A DNA stretch of 64,000 nucleotides from Sporichthyaceae bacterium (GCA_031365725.1 JANLYQ010000060.1:19073-83072), one strand, 5' to 3'; shown: positions 9,595 to 20,223, counted from the first letter of the stretch. Program-made: numbers and translations. Notes: a model not told the origin generated them from the letters alone.

Positions 9595-10623
9595 GTGGAC
9601 GCTGTCGCTGCTGTCGATGCCCTGCGCCGGGTCGCCTTCCTGCTCGAGCGGGCCCGTGAGGAGACCTACCGGGTGCGGGCCTACCGGGGGGCGGCAGATG
9701 CCTTGGCGGCGTTGCCGGCAGGGGAGGTCGAGGCGCGGGTGGTGGCCAGGACGCTGACCGAGCTGCCCGGGGTGGGGCCGAAGACGGCGGCGGTGGCCGC
9801 CCAGGCGGTGACGGGCGAGGTGCCCGACTATCTGGCGACGCTGGAGGCAGCAGCGCTCGGCCCGGTCGCGGGCGGGGGAGCCGCGCTGCGGGCGGCGTTG
9901 CGTGGTGACCTGCACACGCACTCCGACTGGTCCGACGGCGGCAGCCCGATCGAGGAGATGGCCCGGACCGCCCGCGACCTCGGGCACGACTACATGGTGC
10001 TCACCGACCACTCGCCGCGGCTGAAGGTGGCCAACGGGCTGAGCCCCGACCGCCTGCTCCGGCAGCTCGATGTCGTCGCCGAGGTCAACGAGCGGCTCGC
10101 GCCCTTCCGGCTGCTGACCGGCATCGAGGTCGACATCCTCGATGACGGGTCGCTCGACCAGTCCGACGAGCTGCTCGGCCGGCTCGACGTGGTGGTCGCG
10201 TCGGTGCACTCCAAGCTGAAGATGCCGGCCGGGGACATGACTCGTCGCATGGTGACCGCCATCGCCAACCCGCACACCGACGTGCTCGGCCACTGCACCG
10301 GTCGACTGGTGACCGGGGGTCGTGGCACCCGCGCCGAGTCGGCCTTCGACGCCGAGCTGGTGTTCGCCGCGTGCGAGAGGTTCGGGGTGGCTGTCGAGAT
10401 CAACTCACGACCCGAACGTCTGGATCCGCCGCGTCGTCTGCTGCGGATGGCGGTCGAGACCGGCTGCGTGTTCTCCATCGACACCGACGCGCACGCGCCC
10501 GGGCAGCTGGACTGGCAGCCCTACGGCTGCGCACGGGCCGAGGAATGTGACGTGCCGGTCGAGCGGATCGTCAACACCCGCAACGTCGAGGGCCTGCTCG
10601 AGTGGTCCGGTCGGCACCGCTGA
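9595..10623 (+). CDS. PHP-domain (PolX C-terminal / histidinol-phosphatase-like) metal-dependent phosphoesterase, possibly with an N-terminal HhH
   Basis: 3' part of the artefactual 1180-aa ORF 7081..10623. PHP motifs are present (HTHSDWSDG, MVLTDHS, HCTGR). Putative GTG start at 9595. Divergent from the regulator. Confidence 0.65.
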   Translation: MDAVAAVDALRRVAFLLERAREETYRVRAYRGAADALAALPAGEVEARVVARTLTELPGVGPKTAAVAAQAVTGEVPDYLATLEAAALGPVAGGGAALRAALRGDLHTHSDWSDGGSPIEEMARTARDLGHDYMVLTDHSPRLKVANGLSPDRLLRQLDVVAEVNERLAPFRLLTGIEVDILDDGSLDQSDELLGRLDVVVASVHSKLKMPAGDMTRRMVTAIANPHTDVLGHCTGRLVTGGRGTRAESAFDAELVFAACERFGVAVEINSRPERLDPPRRLLRMAVETGCVFSIDTDAHAPGQLDWQPYGCARAEECDVPVERIVNTRNVEGLLEWSGRHR

Positions 10624-10680
10624 CCCGAGACCTGAACCCGTCGGGTCGACGTCAGATCATTGCCGGCGGACAATCGCGGC

Positions 10681-13272
10681 ATGCCGATCCTGGAACGGGA
10701 GTCTCAGCTAGAGGCGCTGGGGCAGTACGCCAGCGAGGCGCAGGCGGGCCACGGCCGGCTTGTCCTCGTCGCTGGCGAGGCCGGTGTCGGCAAGTCGAGC
10801 CTGCTCGAGGAGCTCCAGTCGCAAGTCACGGACGCCCGGTGGTGCTGGGGTGCCTGCGACGGCCTGTCCACCCCGCGCCCGCTGGGTCCCCTCCTTGACA
10901 TCTCCGCCGTGCTCGGCGGTGAGCTCGCGCAGTTGTGCGCCTCGGAGGCGTCGCGCGAACGAATGTTCAGCGCGCTCCTGAATCAGGTCAGCAGGTCGGA
11001 TGTCTTGACCGTTCTGGCGGTCGAGGACGTCCACTGGGCAGACGCGGCCACCTTGGATCTGCTGCGTTTCCTGGGGCGACGGGTCCGTTCCGCGCGGGTC
11101 CTCATCCTCGTGACGTACCGGGACGACGGATTGGCTGCAGACGACCCGCTCCGGGTCGCGCTCGGTGACCTCGCGACCCAGCGTCCGACCCGCCGCGTCG
11201 ACCTCCCGCCGCTATCGGGGCAAGCAGTGCAGGTGCTTGCTGCTGGAACCGGGGTGGAGGCAGCCGAGCTGTACCGGCTGACCGGTGGCAACCCCTTCTT
11301 CGTGACGGAGGTGCTCCGAGAGCACGACGGCCAGTTGCCCGCGTCCGCCCGGGACGCGGTGCTGTCCCGGATCGCTCGCCTTGGCGGTGCGGCCCGACAG
11401 GTTCTCGACGCCGCCGCCCTCATCGGCACTCGGGTCGAGCCCAGCCTGCTGGCCGCAGTCACGGGTCAACGCGCCGCTGCCGTGGACGAGGTCGTGGCGA
11501 GCGGCCTGTTGACCGACGACGGCGATCGGCTGCGGTTCCGGCACGAGATCGCCCGGCTGGCCGTCGATCAGGCAGTTCCGGCGCATCGACGCGCGCCCCT
11601 GCACGAGCGGATCGTCGTTGCCCTGCTGACTCAGAGCTGCACGGACGACTCCCGACTTGCCTTCCACGCCGAGGCTGCCGGCATCGCCGCGCTGGTCATG
11701 AAGCACGCACCGGCAGCTGCGCGCCGGGCCGCCGAGCTTGCTGCGCACCGTGAGGCAGTCGCCCAGTACCAGCGCGCACTGCGCTTCTCGGACGGGGACG
11801 ACGCGAGAACCCGCGCCGGCCTGTACGACGGCCTGGCCCGCGAGGCATCACTGGTCGACCGCTGGCAGGACTCGGCCGATGCGAGCGAGGCGGCGCTCGC
11901 CCTCTGGCGCGAGCTCGGCGACCTGACCCGCGAAGGCAGCACGCTCGGGCTGCTGTCGCGGGCGGTCTGGCGGCTGTGCCGCGGTCCCGAGGCGTCCACG
12001 ATCGCCGAAGAGGCGGTCAGCGTGCTCGAGCCCCTCGGACCCACAGTCGAGCTCGCCTGGGCGTACGCCAACTTGGCCGGAACGCGGATGGACCAGTCCC
12101 AGAACGCGGAGGCTCTCGAGCTCGTCGCCCGAGCACGTTCCATTGCCGAGCCTCGCAAGCTGAGCGGGGTGCTCAGCGACACTCTCACGACCGAGGGCTA
12201 CGTCCGGGCCAGCATGGGCGAACCGTGGGAGGAGACCGTCGATCGCGGGCTCACGTTGGCACTCGACAGGGGCATGCACGGGCCGGCTGCCCGAGCGTTC
12301 GTGAACATCGCGGTCCTGTACGGACGGGAGCTGCGCTTCGACGAAGGGGCGCGGTATGTCGAGGAGGGCACCACGTGCTGCGATGACCACGACATCAGCA
12401 CGTATGGCCGCTGCATCCGCGGAGAGAAGGCGGCCTGGCTCGACAAGCGCGGGCAGTGGGCCGAGTCGCTGGCGTTGTGCCGGCAGCTCCTGGCCCAGGG
12501 CGGAGCGTCACTGGTGAACCGGATGAACCCGCTGACCACCATGGGTGTGCTGAGCGCTCGGCGCGGTGACGCGGGCGTCTGGGAATGCCTCGATGAGGCG
12601 ACCGCTGCAGCAATGGGCTTGGACGAGCCGCAGTGGATTGTCATGGCCAGGCTCGCCCGAGCCGAGGCACGGTGGCTCGCCGGGGAACACGAGGCCGCTG
12701 TCATCGAGGCTCGGGCGGCGGCGTCAGCAGCCGTCCCGTACGACGCGCGAGGTCGGAGCGAGACAGCGCTCTGGTGTCAGCGGCTCGGCGATCAGGTGGT
12801 CGCGAGCGACGTCGTGATGGAGCCGTACGCAAGCCTGATCAATGGTGACTTCATCGGTGCCGCGGCGCGGTGGGACGCATTGGGATGCTCGTACGACGCC
12901 GCCCTGGCACTGCTCGACTCGAACGAGGAGGTGATGATGCGGGAGGCGCTGGCTCGGCTGGAGGCGCTCGGTGCCCTGGCCGCCGCACGGGTAGCCCGGC
13001 AGCGCATGCGGGACCTCGGCCTCCGCTCGGTCCCGACCGGTGCGCGGGCGCAGACACGCGAGCACCCGGCGGGCCTGACGAGGCGCGAGTGCGACGTGCT
13101 CGAGCTCATCTGCGACGGCCACAGCAACGACGAGATCTCGGGCCGCCTCGTCATCTCGGTCAAGACCGTCGATCACCACGTGTCCGCGGTGCTGGGCAAG
13201 CTCGGTGTCCCCTCTCGCAAAGTCGCAGCGACCGAGGCCGTGCGGCTGGGGCTGGTCAGCCCCCGAAGATAG
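10681..13272 (+). CDS. large ATP-binding LuxR-family transcriptional regulator (LAL-type, Walker A + C-terminal LuxR HTH)
   Basis: Walker A motif GEAGVGKSSLLEEL. C-terminal LuxR HTH (LTRRECDVLELICDGHSNDEISGRLVISVKTVDHHVSAVLGKLGV). Confidence 0.8.
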   Translation: MPILERESQLEALGQYASEAQAGHGRLVLVAGEAGVGKSSLLEELQSQVTDARWCWGACDGLSTPRPLGPLLDISAVLGGELAQLCASEASRERMFSALLNQVSRSDVLTVLAVEDVHWADAATLDLLRFLGRRVRSARVLILVTYRDDGLAADDPLRVALGDLATQRPTRRVDLPPLSGQAVQVLAAGTGVEAAELYRLTGGNPFFVTEVLREHDGQLPASARDAVLSRIARLGGAARQVLDAAALIGTRVEPSLLAAVTGQRAAAVDEVVASGLLTDDGDRLRFRHEIARLAVDQAVPAHRRAPLHERIVVALLTQSCTDDSRLAFHAEAAGIAALVMKHAPAAARRAAELAAHREAVAQYQRALRFSDGDDARTRAGLYDGLAREASLVDRWQDSADASEAALALWRELGDLTREGSTLGLLSRAVWRLCRGPEASTIAEEAVSVLEPLGPTVELAWAYANLAGTRMDQSQNAEALELVARARSIAEPRKLSGVLSDTLTTEGYVRASMGEPWEETVDRGLTLALDRGMHGPAARAFVNIAVLYGRELRFDEGARYVEEGTTCCDDHDISTYGRCIRGEKAAWLDKRGQWAESLALCRQLLAQGGASLVNRMNPLTTMGVLSARRGDAGVWECLDEATAAAMGLDEPQWIVMARLARAEARWLAGEHEAAVIEARAAASAAVPYDARGRSETALWCQRLGDQVVASDVVMEPYASLINGDFIGAAARWDALGCSYDAALALLDSNEEVMMREALARLEALGALAAARVARQRMRDLGLRSVPTGARAQTREHPAGLTRRECDVLELICDGHSNDEISGRLVISVKTVDHHVSAVLGKLGVPSRKVAATEAVRLGLVSPRR

Positions 13273-13373
13273 GGAAGCCAACCCAGAAGTTGGGGATCGA
13301 TTCCCCATCCGCCGTCCGGGTGCGGGCCTTTAGCGTCACATCGACCTGATCCACCGACGCGAGGGAGATCCCA

Positions 13374-13625
13374 GTGCCGCTCTACATGGATGTACACACG
13401 ATCGACGGCGGGGTGGCCGTCGAAGACGTCGCCAAGGCGCACATGGCCGACCTACAGACGCAGGGCGCTCATGACGTCAAGTACCTGCGCTACTGGGTGG
13501 ACGACAGCCAGGGCAAGGTGTTCTGCCTTGTCGAGGCTCCGTCGCCGGAGGCAGCCTCGACGGTTCACCGCGAGGCGCACGGGCTCGTCGCCGACGCCAT
13601 CTTCAAGGTCCAGGAAGGTTCCTGA
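13374..13625 (+). CDS. DUF4242-family small protein (SCO4226-like)
   Basis: MPLYMDVHTIDGGVAVEDVAKAHMADLQTQ... matches the characteristic N-terminus of the DUF4242 family. Confidence 0.6.
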   Translation: MPLYMDVHTIDGGVAVEDVAKAHMADLQTQGAHDVKYLRYWVDDSQGKVFCLVEAPSPEAASTVHREAHGLVADAIFKVQEGS

Positions 13626-13626
13626 C

Positions 13627-14178
13627 ATGGCTGGCAGAAGGAGGATCGGAACAATCGCGACCGGGATGGCGGTGGCGCTCGTGGCCGCATTGCTGATGGG
13701 GACTGCCGCAGTGGCCTCGCCACACCCGTCCGCGCAGCTGAGTGGCCTGCGCGCGGCAACGAACAGGTTCCACAGCATCGCTGTCGCCGAGCAGAACGGG
13801 TTCGGCCTGCTCACCGACGCGCAGGGCATTGCCTGCATCGACATGCCGGGCATGGGCGGGATGGGTGTGCACTGGGCCAACTCGACTTTGGTGGGTGACC
13901 CGGCAGTTCTACCGAACCACCCCGAGGCGCTGGTGTACGCCCCAAGCAGGGACGGCACGCTGCAGCTGGCCGCCGTCGAGTACGTCGTGCTCAAGGATGC
14001 TTGGGATGCGACTCACGCGCACCCACCGAAGCTGTTCGGGCACGTCTTCGACGTCACGGACGCGCCGAACCGCTACGGGTTGCCGGCGTTCTACTCGCTG
14101 CACGTCTCAGCGTGGAAGCACAACGCAGCCGGCACGTTCGCGATGTGGAACCCAGCGGTCAACTGCCCGACGGGCTGA
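13627..14178 (+). CDS. hypothetical secreted protein (possible twin-arginine signal)
   Basis: MAGRRRIGTIATGMAVALVAALLMGTAAVASP is a signal-like N-terminus. It is in frame within track ORF 13390..14178. Confidence 0.5.
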   Translation: MAGRRRIGTIATGMAVALVAALLMGTAAVASPHPSAQLSGLRAATNRFHSIAVAEQNGFGLLTDAQGIACIDMPGMGGMGVHWANSTLVGDPAVLPNHPEALVYAPSRDGTLQLAAVEYVVLKDAWDATHAHPPKLFGHVFDVTDAPNRYGLPAFYSLHVSAWKHNAAGTFAMWNPAVNCPTG

Positions 14179-14433
14179 CCAGAGCGTCTGATGGACGCGA
14201 ACCGATCCGTCGCGGGCGACGTGCCGCCGGCGGGTCAGTTCGCGTGCAGGTCCGTGTCGGCCCACTCGGGACCGGCCTCGAGCGGCTCCGATCGTCATGG
14301 TCACGGCGAGCAGGACAGCTTCTCTCTTGCTGAAGGCTCCTGGCTCGCCTCCCGTCGCGCCATGTCCATCCTCGGGAACACCGGGTGTCCCCCTCCTGTT
14401 GACCGAATCGGCACCCAGGGAGAGGACACCGAG

Positions 14434-15201
14434 ATGGTCATCAGCACACCTTCTGTCGACGTACGACGGAGTGCGGAGCGCTTTGCTACCGACTTCGGCT
14501 GGCTGGAGTCCAAGCACTCGTTCTCCTTCGGGCAGCACTACGACGCCGACAACACCCACTTCGGGCTGCTGCTGGTCAACAACGACGACGTGGTGGCGCC
14601 GGGGACCGGCTTCGAGACCCATCCGCACCGCGACATGGAGATCCTGACCTGGGTGCTGCGCGGGCAGCTGGTGCACCAGGACTCGCAGGGCCACAACGGC
14701 GTGATCTATCCCGGTCTAGCCCAGCGGATGAGTGCCGGCACCGGCATCCTGCACTCGGAGAAGAACGACAGCTGGCGGCTGACCGGTGCGGACACCCACA
14801 CCGACCCGGTGCACTTCGTGCAGATGTGGGTGCTGCCGGACGAGAACGGGATCCGGCCGGGCTATGAGCAGCTGGAGATCGACGACGCGGCGTTGCGCAG
14901 TGGTCTGGTGCCGGTGGCCAGCGGCCGGGCCGAGCACGCCGGTGCCGCCGCCATCTCGATCGCGCAGAAGCACGCCGCTCTGCTGGTGGGTCGGGTCGAA
15001 CCGGGTGGCGCCGTGATTCTGCCGGACGCGCCGTTCGTGCACCTGTTTGTGGCCGACGGGTCGGTCGAGCTCGAGGGCAGCGGTGCCCTCGAGACCGGTG
15101 ACTCGGCCCGGATCAGTGGCGGCGCGGGACAGCGCGTGACCGCCGGCCCGGCCGGCGCCGAGGTGCTGGTGTGGGAGATGCACGCGGCCCTGGCCGCCTG
15201 A
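14434..15201 (+). CDS. pirin-family cupin protein
   Basis: Pirin N- and C-terminal cupin motifs (HPHRDMEILTWVLRG, ...GILHSE). ATG at 14434 is preceded by a GGAGAGG ribosome-binding site (RBS). Confidence 0.8.
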   Translation: MVISTPSVDVRRSAERFATDFGWLESKHSFSFGQHYDADNTHFGLLLVNNDDVVAPGTGFETHPHRDMEILTWVLRGQLVHQDSQGHNGVIYPGLAQRMSAGTGILHSEKNDSWRLTGADTHTDPVHFVQMWVLPDENGIRPGYEQLEIDDAALRSGLVPVASGRAEHAGAAAISIAQKHAALLVGRVEPGGAVILPDAPFVHLFVADGSVELEGSGALETGDSARISGGAGQRVTAGPAGAEVLVWEMHAALAA

Positions 15202-15216
15202 GCTGGCGTTGCGGGA

Positions 15217-17964
15217 TCACTCGGCGCCGCCTTCGGTCTCGCCGGTGGGAGCTGCGTTGACGTCGGCCAGCTGATAGCGGTCGATGGCCTCGCGGATCAC
15301 CTCGCGCTTGATCTCCCCGCGCCGGGCCAGCTCGCCGAGCACCTTGACCACGATCGAGGCCGCGTCGACCTTGAAGTGTCGACGTAGTGCGCCGCGGGTG
15401 TCCGAGAGCCCGAATCCGTCGGTGCCCAGCGACGCGAAGTCCCCTGGCACCCACTGCGCGATCTGGTCCTGCACCGCACGCATGAAGTCCGACACCGCGA
15501 CGAACGGCCCCGGCGCACCGTCGAGCTGCCGGGTCACGAAGGGCACCCTCAGGTCGACGTCGGGGTTCATGAAGTTGTGCTCGTCGGTGGCGAGGCCGTC
15601 GCGCCGGAGCTCGTTCCACGAGGTGACCGACCAGACGTCGGCCTGGACGTTCCAGTCGACCTGCAGCAGCCGCTGCGCTTCCATCGCCCACTGCATGGCT
15701 ACGCCCGAGGCGAGCACCTGGGCGCGCGGACCGTCGCCCTCGGCCGCAGCCGAGAAGCGGTGGATCCCGCCGAGGATGCCCTCGATGTCGACACTCTCGG
15801 GCTGAGCCGGCTGGGCGTAGGGCTCGTTGTAGACCGTGAGGTAGTAGAAGATCTCCTCCGGCTTGTCGCCGTACATCCGGCGCAGGGCGTCCTTGACGAT
15901 GTGCCCGAGCTCGAAGCCGAACGCGGGGTCGTAGGCGACGCAGGCCGGGTTGGTCGAGGCCAGCAGGTGGCTGTGACCGTCCTCGTGCTGCAGACCTTCG
16001 CCGTTGAGGGTGGTGCGCCCGGCGGTGGCGCCGAGCACGAAGCCACGCGCCATCTGGTCGCCTGCCGCCCAGAACGAGTCGCCGGTGCGCTGGAAGCCGA
16101 ACATCGAGTAGAAGATGTAGATCGGGATCATCGGGATGCCGTGGGTCGCGTAGGACGTGGCGGCAGCGGTCCAGGAGGCGGTGGAGCCGGCCTCGTTGAT
16201 GCCTTCGTGCAGGATGACGCCGGCCCTGTCCTCCTTGTAGGCCAACATGGTCTCGCGGTCGACCGAAAGGTAGTGCTGGCCGTGCGGGGAGTAGATCTTC
16301 GCGGTCGGGAACAACGAGTCCATGCCGAAGGTGCGGGCCTCGTCGGGGATGACCGGCACGAACCGCCAGCCGATCTCCTTGTCCTTCATCAGCTCCTTGA
16401 GCAGGCGGACGAACGCCATCGTGGTGGCGACCTTCTGCTTGCCCGACCCGCGCGCCATGACGTCGTAGACCGGGTCGCCCGGGAGCACCAACGGCTCGGT
16501 CTTCGACCGCCGCGAGGGGAGGTAGCCGCCGAGAGCTGCGCGCCGGTCGTGCATGTACTGCATCTCGTCGGAGTCCTTGCCGGGGTGGTAGTACGGCGGC
16601 AGGGTCTCGTCGAGCGCGTCGTCGGGGATGTCGAGGTAGAGCCGGTCGCGGAAGCCGATCAGGTCGTCCTTCTTCAGCTTCTTCATCTGGTGCGTGGAGT
16701 TGCGGCCCTCGAAGTGCGAGCCCAGCGTCCAGCCCTTGATCGTCTTGGCGAGGATGACGGTCGGCTGGCCGGTGTGCTTGGTGGCTGCGTCGTAGGCGGC
16801 GTACATCTTGCGGTAGTCGTGACCACCGCGGGAGAGCCCCCAGATCTCCTTGTCCGACAAGTGCGCGACCATCGCAGCCGTGCGCGGGTCACGACCGAAG
16901 AAGTGCTCGCGGACGAAGGCGCCGTCCTCCGTCTTGTAGGTCTGGTAGTCGCCGTCGGGCGTGACGTTCATCAGGTTGACGAGAGCGCCCTCGTTGTCGG
17001 CGTTGATCAGGTCGTCCCACTCGCGACCCCAGATCACCTTGATGACGTTCCACCCGGCGCCGCGGAAGAACGACTCGAGCTCCTGGATCACCTTGCCGTT
17101 GCCGCGCACCGGACCGTCGAGGCGCTGCAGGTTGCAGTTGACGACGAAGGTCAGGTTGTCGAGCTCCTCGCGGGCGGCGATACCGATGGCGCCCAGCGAC
17201 TCGGGCTCATCCATCTCGCCGTCGCCGAGGAACGCCCACACGTGCTGCTGGCTGGTGTCCTTGATGCCGCGGTTCTGAAGATAGCGGTTGAACCGGGCCT
17301 GGTAGATCGCGTTGAGCGGGCCGAGGCCCATCGACACCGTGGGGAACTCCCAGAAGTCCGGCATCAACCGTGGGTGCGGGTACGACGACAAGCCGCCGCC
17401 CGCGTGCGAGAGCTCCTGGCGGAAGCCGTCGAGCTGCTCTGCGGACAGCCGCCCCTCGAGGTAGGCACGGGCGTACATGCCGGGGGACGCGTGGCCCTGG
17501 TAGTAGATCTGGTCGCCGCCGCCGGGGTGGTCCTTGCCGCGGAAGAAGTGGTTGAAGCCGACTTCGTAGAAGCTGGCCGACGAGGCGTAGGTCGAGATGT
17601 GGCCGCCGACCTCGACGCCCGGGCGCTGCGCGCGGTGCACCATGATCGCGGCGTTCCAGCGGACGTAGGCCCGGATCCGGCGCTCGACGTGCTCGTCGCC
17701 GGGAAAGAACGGCTCGCTCTCCGACGGGATGGTATTGATGTAGTCGGTGCTGCGCAGGCTCGGCACGCCGATCTGCTTCTCCCGCGCGCGCTGGAGCAGG
17801 CTGAGCATGAGGAACCGGGCCCGGTTGCGCCCGGCATGGTCGACGACGGCGTCGAGCGACTCGAGCCACTCGGCAGTCTCGGCCGGGTCGATGTCGGGCA
17901 GCTGGCTCGGGAGGCCGTCGCTGATGATGGCGGGGTGCTCCAGCGGTGAGGTCACAGGCTCCAT
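15217..17964 (-). CDS. aceE: pyruvate dehydrogenase E1 component, homodimeric type
   Basis: 915 aa with characteristic AceE sequence throughout (thiamin diphosphate and transketolase-like domains). Confidence 0.92.
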   Translation of the reverse strand: MEPVTSPLEHPAIISDGLPSQLPDIDPAETAEWLESLDAVVDHAGRNRARFLMLSLLQRAREKQIGVPSLRSTDYINTIPSESEPFFPGDEHVERRIRAYVRWNAAIMVHRAQRPGVEVGGHISTYASSASFYEVGFNHFFRGKDHPGGGDQIYYQGHASPGMYARAYLEGRLSAEQLDGFRQELSHAGGGLSSYPHPRLMPDFWEFPTVSMGLGPLNAIYQARFNRYLQNRGIKDTSQQHVWAFLGDGEMDEPESLGAIGIAAREELDNLTFVVNCNLQRLDGPVRGNGKVIQELESFFRGAGWNVIKVIWGREWDDLINADNEGALVNLMNVTPDGDYQTYKTEDGAFVREHFFGRDPRTAAMVAHLSDKEIWGLSRGGHDYRKMYAAYDAATKHTGQPTVILAKTIKGWTLGSHFEGRNSTHQMKKLKKDDLIGFRDRLYLDIPDDALDETLPPYYHPGKDSDEMQYMHDRRAALGGYLPSRRSKTEPLVLPGDPVYDVMARGSGKQKVATTMAFVRLLKELMKDKEIGWRFVPVIPDEARTFGMDSLFPTAKIYSPHGQHYLSVDRETMLAYKEDRAGVILHEGINEAGSTASWTAAATSYATHGIPMIPIYIFYSMFGFQRTGDSFWAAGDQMARGFVLGATAGRTTLNGEGLQHEDGHSHLLASTNPACVAYDPAFGFELGHIVKDALRRMYGDKPEEIFYYLTVYNEPYAQPAQPESVDIEGILGGIHRFSAAAEGDGPRAQVLASGVAMQWAMEAQRLLQVDWNVQADVWSVTSWNELRRDGLATDEHNFMNPDVDLRVPFVTRQLDGAPGPFVAVSDFMRAVQDQIAQWVPGDFASLGTDGFGLSDTRGALRRHFKVDAASIVVKVLGELARRGEIKREVIREAIDRYQLADVNAAPTGETEGGAE

Positions 17965-18121
17965 CGTGCTACCTCAGCGCGCCGGACGCATCCCCGGGCG
18001 GCTTGCCGGTCGTCTCGGCAGCCGCGAGGTGGCTTGCGCGGGCGGCCCGGGACGTGTGGACTACCCGCAAGCCACCGCGCCGGGACGACCGTCGGGGGCC
18101 GACACCACTGGAGGCACCAGC

Positions 18122-18547
18122 GTGAGCGCGACCGCGGGTCCCGCGGAGGGGGAGCGACTGGCCGGCCGCCTGGGCCTGAAGCCCGGACAGGTGGTGCAAG
18201 AGCTCGGCTGGGACGACGACAGCGACGAGGACCTGCGTGCCTCCGTCGTGGCTTTGACGGGCAACGCGCTGGTCGACGAGGACCACGAAGACGTCGTGGA
18301 CGCGGTGCTCCTGTGGTGGCGCGAGGACGACGGCGACTTGGTCGATGCACTCGTCGACTCGCTGGTCTCCCTCGGTGACGGCGGTGTCGTGTGGCTGCTG
18401 ACCCCGAAGGCCGGCCGCTCGGGTCACGTCGAACCGGGCGACATCGGTGATGCGGCCCCGACCGCAGGACTGCACCAGACGAGCAGCGTGAGTGCGGCCG
18501 CCGACTGGTCGGGCACCCGGTTGGTGACCCGCAAGTCCGGTCGCTGA
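18122..18547 (+). CDS. DUF3052-family protein (Rv2240c-like), divergent from aceE
   Basis: GTG at 18122 is preceded by GGAGG. LKPGQVVQELGWDDDSDEDLR... is a conserved acidic protein found next to aceE in actinobacteria. Confidence 0.6.
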   Translation: MSATAGPAEGERLAGRLGLKPGQVVQELGWDDDSDEDLRASVVALTGNALVDEDHEDVVDAVLLWWREDDGDLVDALVDSLVSLGDGGVVWLLTPKAGRSGHVEPGDIGDAAPTAGLHQTSSVSAAADWSGTRLVTRKSGR

Positions 18548-18553
18548 GGGAGA

Positions 18554-18588
18554 CCCGGCGTACGGCCGCCCTACCCGCGTACGCCGGG
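18554..18588. terminator. hairpin (11-bp perfect stem CCCGGCGTACG / CGTACGCCGGG) between convergent genes
   Basis: Seen directly. It overlaps the 3' ends of both flanking CDSs. There is no U-tract, which is typical for high-GC actinobacteria. Confidence 0.35.
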
Positions 18589-19551
18589 AAGCAGGCGCAC
18601 GAGCCGGCCGAGGCCACGCACGTTGCGCACCGCGGCCTGCAGGGCCGCCCCCCCGGGAAGGCCGGGCACACCCTCGATGATCGGCGCGAGCGCCAACAGA
18701 CCGCTGACGTGCGCCATCCTCAGCTCGCGGCGGGCGAGCATCGCGGGCACCGCGCGACGACCGGCCGAGGCGTCGAGCAGATCCGTGGCACTGCCGTGCA
18801 CCGTGGCCCAGTCGGCGCGTTGCTCGGGCATGGCGAGGGTGGTCCAGCGCTGCGCTGCTGTGCCGAAAACCCAGCCGCCCTCTGGCGTGACGCAGCCGGC
18901 GGTGGCGGTGATGTCGCTGCGGGCCGCAAGCGCACCGGTGGTGTCCACGAGACCAGCGAGTCCGGCGGACAGCAGCTCGGTTGACGGCGGTCGCGCACCG
19001 GCAGGTGCAAGGTCGAGCGCGTGCACCGCCAGCTCGTAGGCACCGGCTCCCAGTAGGGTGCTCATCGGCAGCGGGCCCAGTACCGACCGGACGCGTCGCT
19101 GACCCAGAGCCCCGGCGTCGCCGGAGTCGAGGAAGCCGGTGACCTCGTCGCGCGCGGCGTGCAGGGCTGCGAGCACCTCGGTGCGTGGCGCCCGGCCCCA
19201 CGCCTCGAGCACCGCCTCGTTGTGCGCCGCCTGGTCGAAGGTCGCGTGCGGGTCGGTGTCGCGGCCCTCGGTCGCAAGCTCGTCGCGCTCGGCCTCACCG
19301 CGCAGTCGGTCCAGCGAACGGGTGCCCGGCCAGGATCCGAGGTGCACGCAGACATCCCGGGCGGTCCAGCCGTGGACCCGGGTAGGGCCGTCCAGGTCCA
19401 GCTCGGTGGCGATGCTGAGGAACTCGTCCCACGCCGGCAGCACCAGGGCGCGCAGGTCCGAGGGCTCCCACGACGCGAGCCCGGTCTCGCCCGGCGATGG
19501 CGCGAAGGGAGGCAGATCCGTGGCTGACACACTGACATCCTGCCAGCGCAT
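18571..19551 (-). CDS. conserved hypothetical protein (DinB / maleylpyruvate-isomerase N-terminal-like)
   Basis: Track ORF of 326 aa. Only weak family-level resemblance. Confidence 0.45.
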   Translation of the reverse strand: MRWQDVSVSATDLPPFAPSPGETGLASWEPSDLRALVLPAWDEFLSIATELDLDGPTRVHGWTARDVCVHLGSWPGTRSLDRLRGEAERDELATEGRDTDPHATFDQAAHNEAVLEAWGRAPRTEVLAALHAARDEVTGFLDSGDAGALGQRRVRSVLGPLPMSTLLGAGAYELAVHALDLAPAGARPPSTELLSAGLAGLVDTTGALAARSDITATAGCVTPEGGWVFGTAAQRWTTLAMPEQRADWATVHGSATDLLDASAGRRAVPAMLARRELRMAHVSGLLALAPIIEGVPGLPGGAALQAAVRNVRGLGRLVRLLPGVRG

Positions 19552-19592
19552 CTGCAGGCCAACGGCCCGCAGCCGACCGACGGAGGACCATC

Positions 19593-20069
19593 GTGAGCAT
19601 CGCGACGACCAGCACCCTGTCCGTAGGGCAGGAGGCGCCGGATTTCGAGCTGCAAGACCAGCACGGCCAGACCGTGGCGCTGTCCGCGCTGCGGGGTCGG
19701 AGTGCTGCGCTGATCGTGTTCTACCCGTGGGCGTTCTCCAACGTCTGCGGCGGTGAACTGCAACAGCTTCAGACCCAGCACGACGACATCTTCGGTGACG
19801 ACGTACGTCTCCTCGCGGTGTCCACCGATCCGATGTACTCGCTGCGCGGCTACGCCGACCAGGAAGGTTTCACCTTCCCCTTGCTGTCCGACTTCTGGCC
19901 GCACGGCGCGGTCGCGTCGGCGTACGGCGTATTCAGCGACGAGGTCGGCATCGCCCTGCGCGGCAGCTTTCTCGTCGACAAGGACGGCGTGCTGCGCTGG
20001 TCGGTCGTGCGCGGCATCCCTGATGCCCGTGACATCGAGGACTACAAGAGCGCGATCGCGGCTCTGTAG
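19593..20069 (+). CDS. ahpE: peroxiredoxin (AhpE-like 1-Cys/Prx)
   Basis: 158 aa with a thioredoxin fold and peroxidatic Cys context (FYPWAFSNVCGGEL). Position matches Rv2238c synteny. Confidence 0.85.
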   Translation: MSIATTSTLSVGQEAPDFELQDQHGQTVALSALRGRSAALIVFYPWAFSNVCGGELQQLQTQHDDIFGDDVRLLAVSTDPMYSLRGYADQEGFTFPLLSDFWPHGAVASAYGVFSDEVGIALRGSFLVDKDGVLRWSVVRGIPDARDIEDYKSAIAAL

Positions 20070-20089
20070 CCTGGCTGGTCATCGGTCGG

Positions 20090-20166
20090 GGGCGCATAGC
20101 TCAGTTGGTTAGAGCACCTGCCTTACAAGCAGGGGGTCGGCGGTTCGAGTCCGTCTGCGCCCACCA
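20090..20166 (+). tRNA. tRNA-Val (anticodon TAC), encoded CCA
   Basis: The cloverleaf was folded by hand. Acceptor stem GGGCGCA/TGCGCCC, D arm GCTCAGTTGGTTAGAGC, anticodon stem CCTGC/GCAGG with loop CTTACAA, T arm GGCGGTTCGAGTCCGTC, 3' ACCA. Confidence 0.9.
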
Positions 20167-20223
20167 GGCAACCTTCGTCGGCAGTGCCGCCCGCTCGGTG
20201 GACCTCGTCAAGCCGGCCGGACC

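Noticed and set aside
8338-10293. Full 651-aa extent of the regulator ORF
   Set aside because: PucR-family MabR/FasR proteins are about 400 aa, and the upstream 270 codons overlap the divergent PHP gene region and are low-complexity. Start placed at 9465.
7081-10623. 1180-aa ORF on the + strand spanning fabD, the PucR-like regulator and beyond
   Set aside because: It is antisense to well-conserved fabD and regulator genes and has low-complexity Gly/Arg/Asp-rich translation typical of high-GC antisense frames. Only its last roughly 340 codons (PHP-domain protein, 9595..10623) are credible.
13292-13306. Small hairpin (GGGGA-TCGAT-TCCCC) after the LuxR-family gene as a terminator
   Set aside because: Only a 5-bp stem with no U-tract, too weak to call. 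Recorded only as a possibility.
15577-17949. 790-aa + strand ORF antisense to aceE
   Set aside because: AceE on the minus strand is unambiguous, and the antisense ORF has no domain similarity.
17969-19201. 410-aa and 239-aa minus-strand ORFs overlapping the DUF3052 gene and the downstream hypothetical gene
   Set aside because: They overlap better-supported genes in other frames and their translations are Arg-rich low-complexity.
19062-19904. Alternative 280-aa minus ORF overlapping 18571..19551 and ahpE
   Set aside because: It overlaps the AhpE gene antisense and is in a different frame of the same region. I kept the 18571..19551 frame, which does not collide with ahpE.
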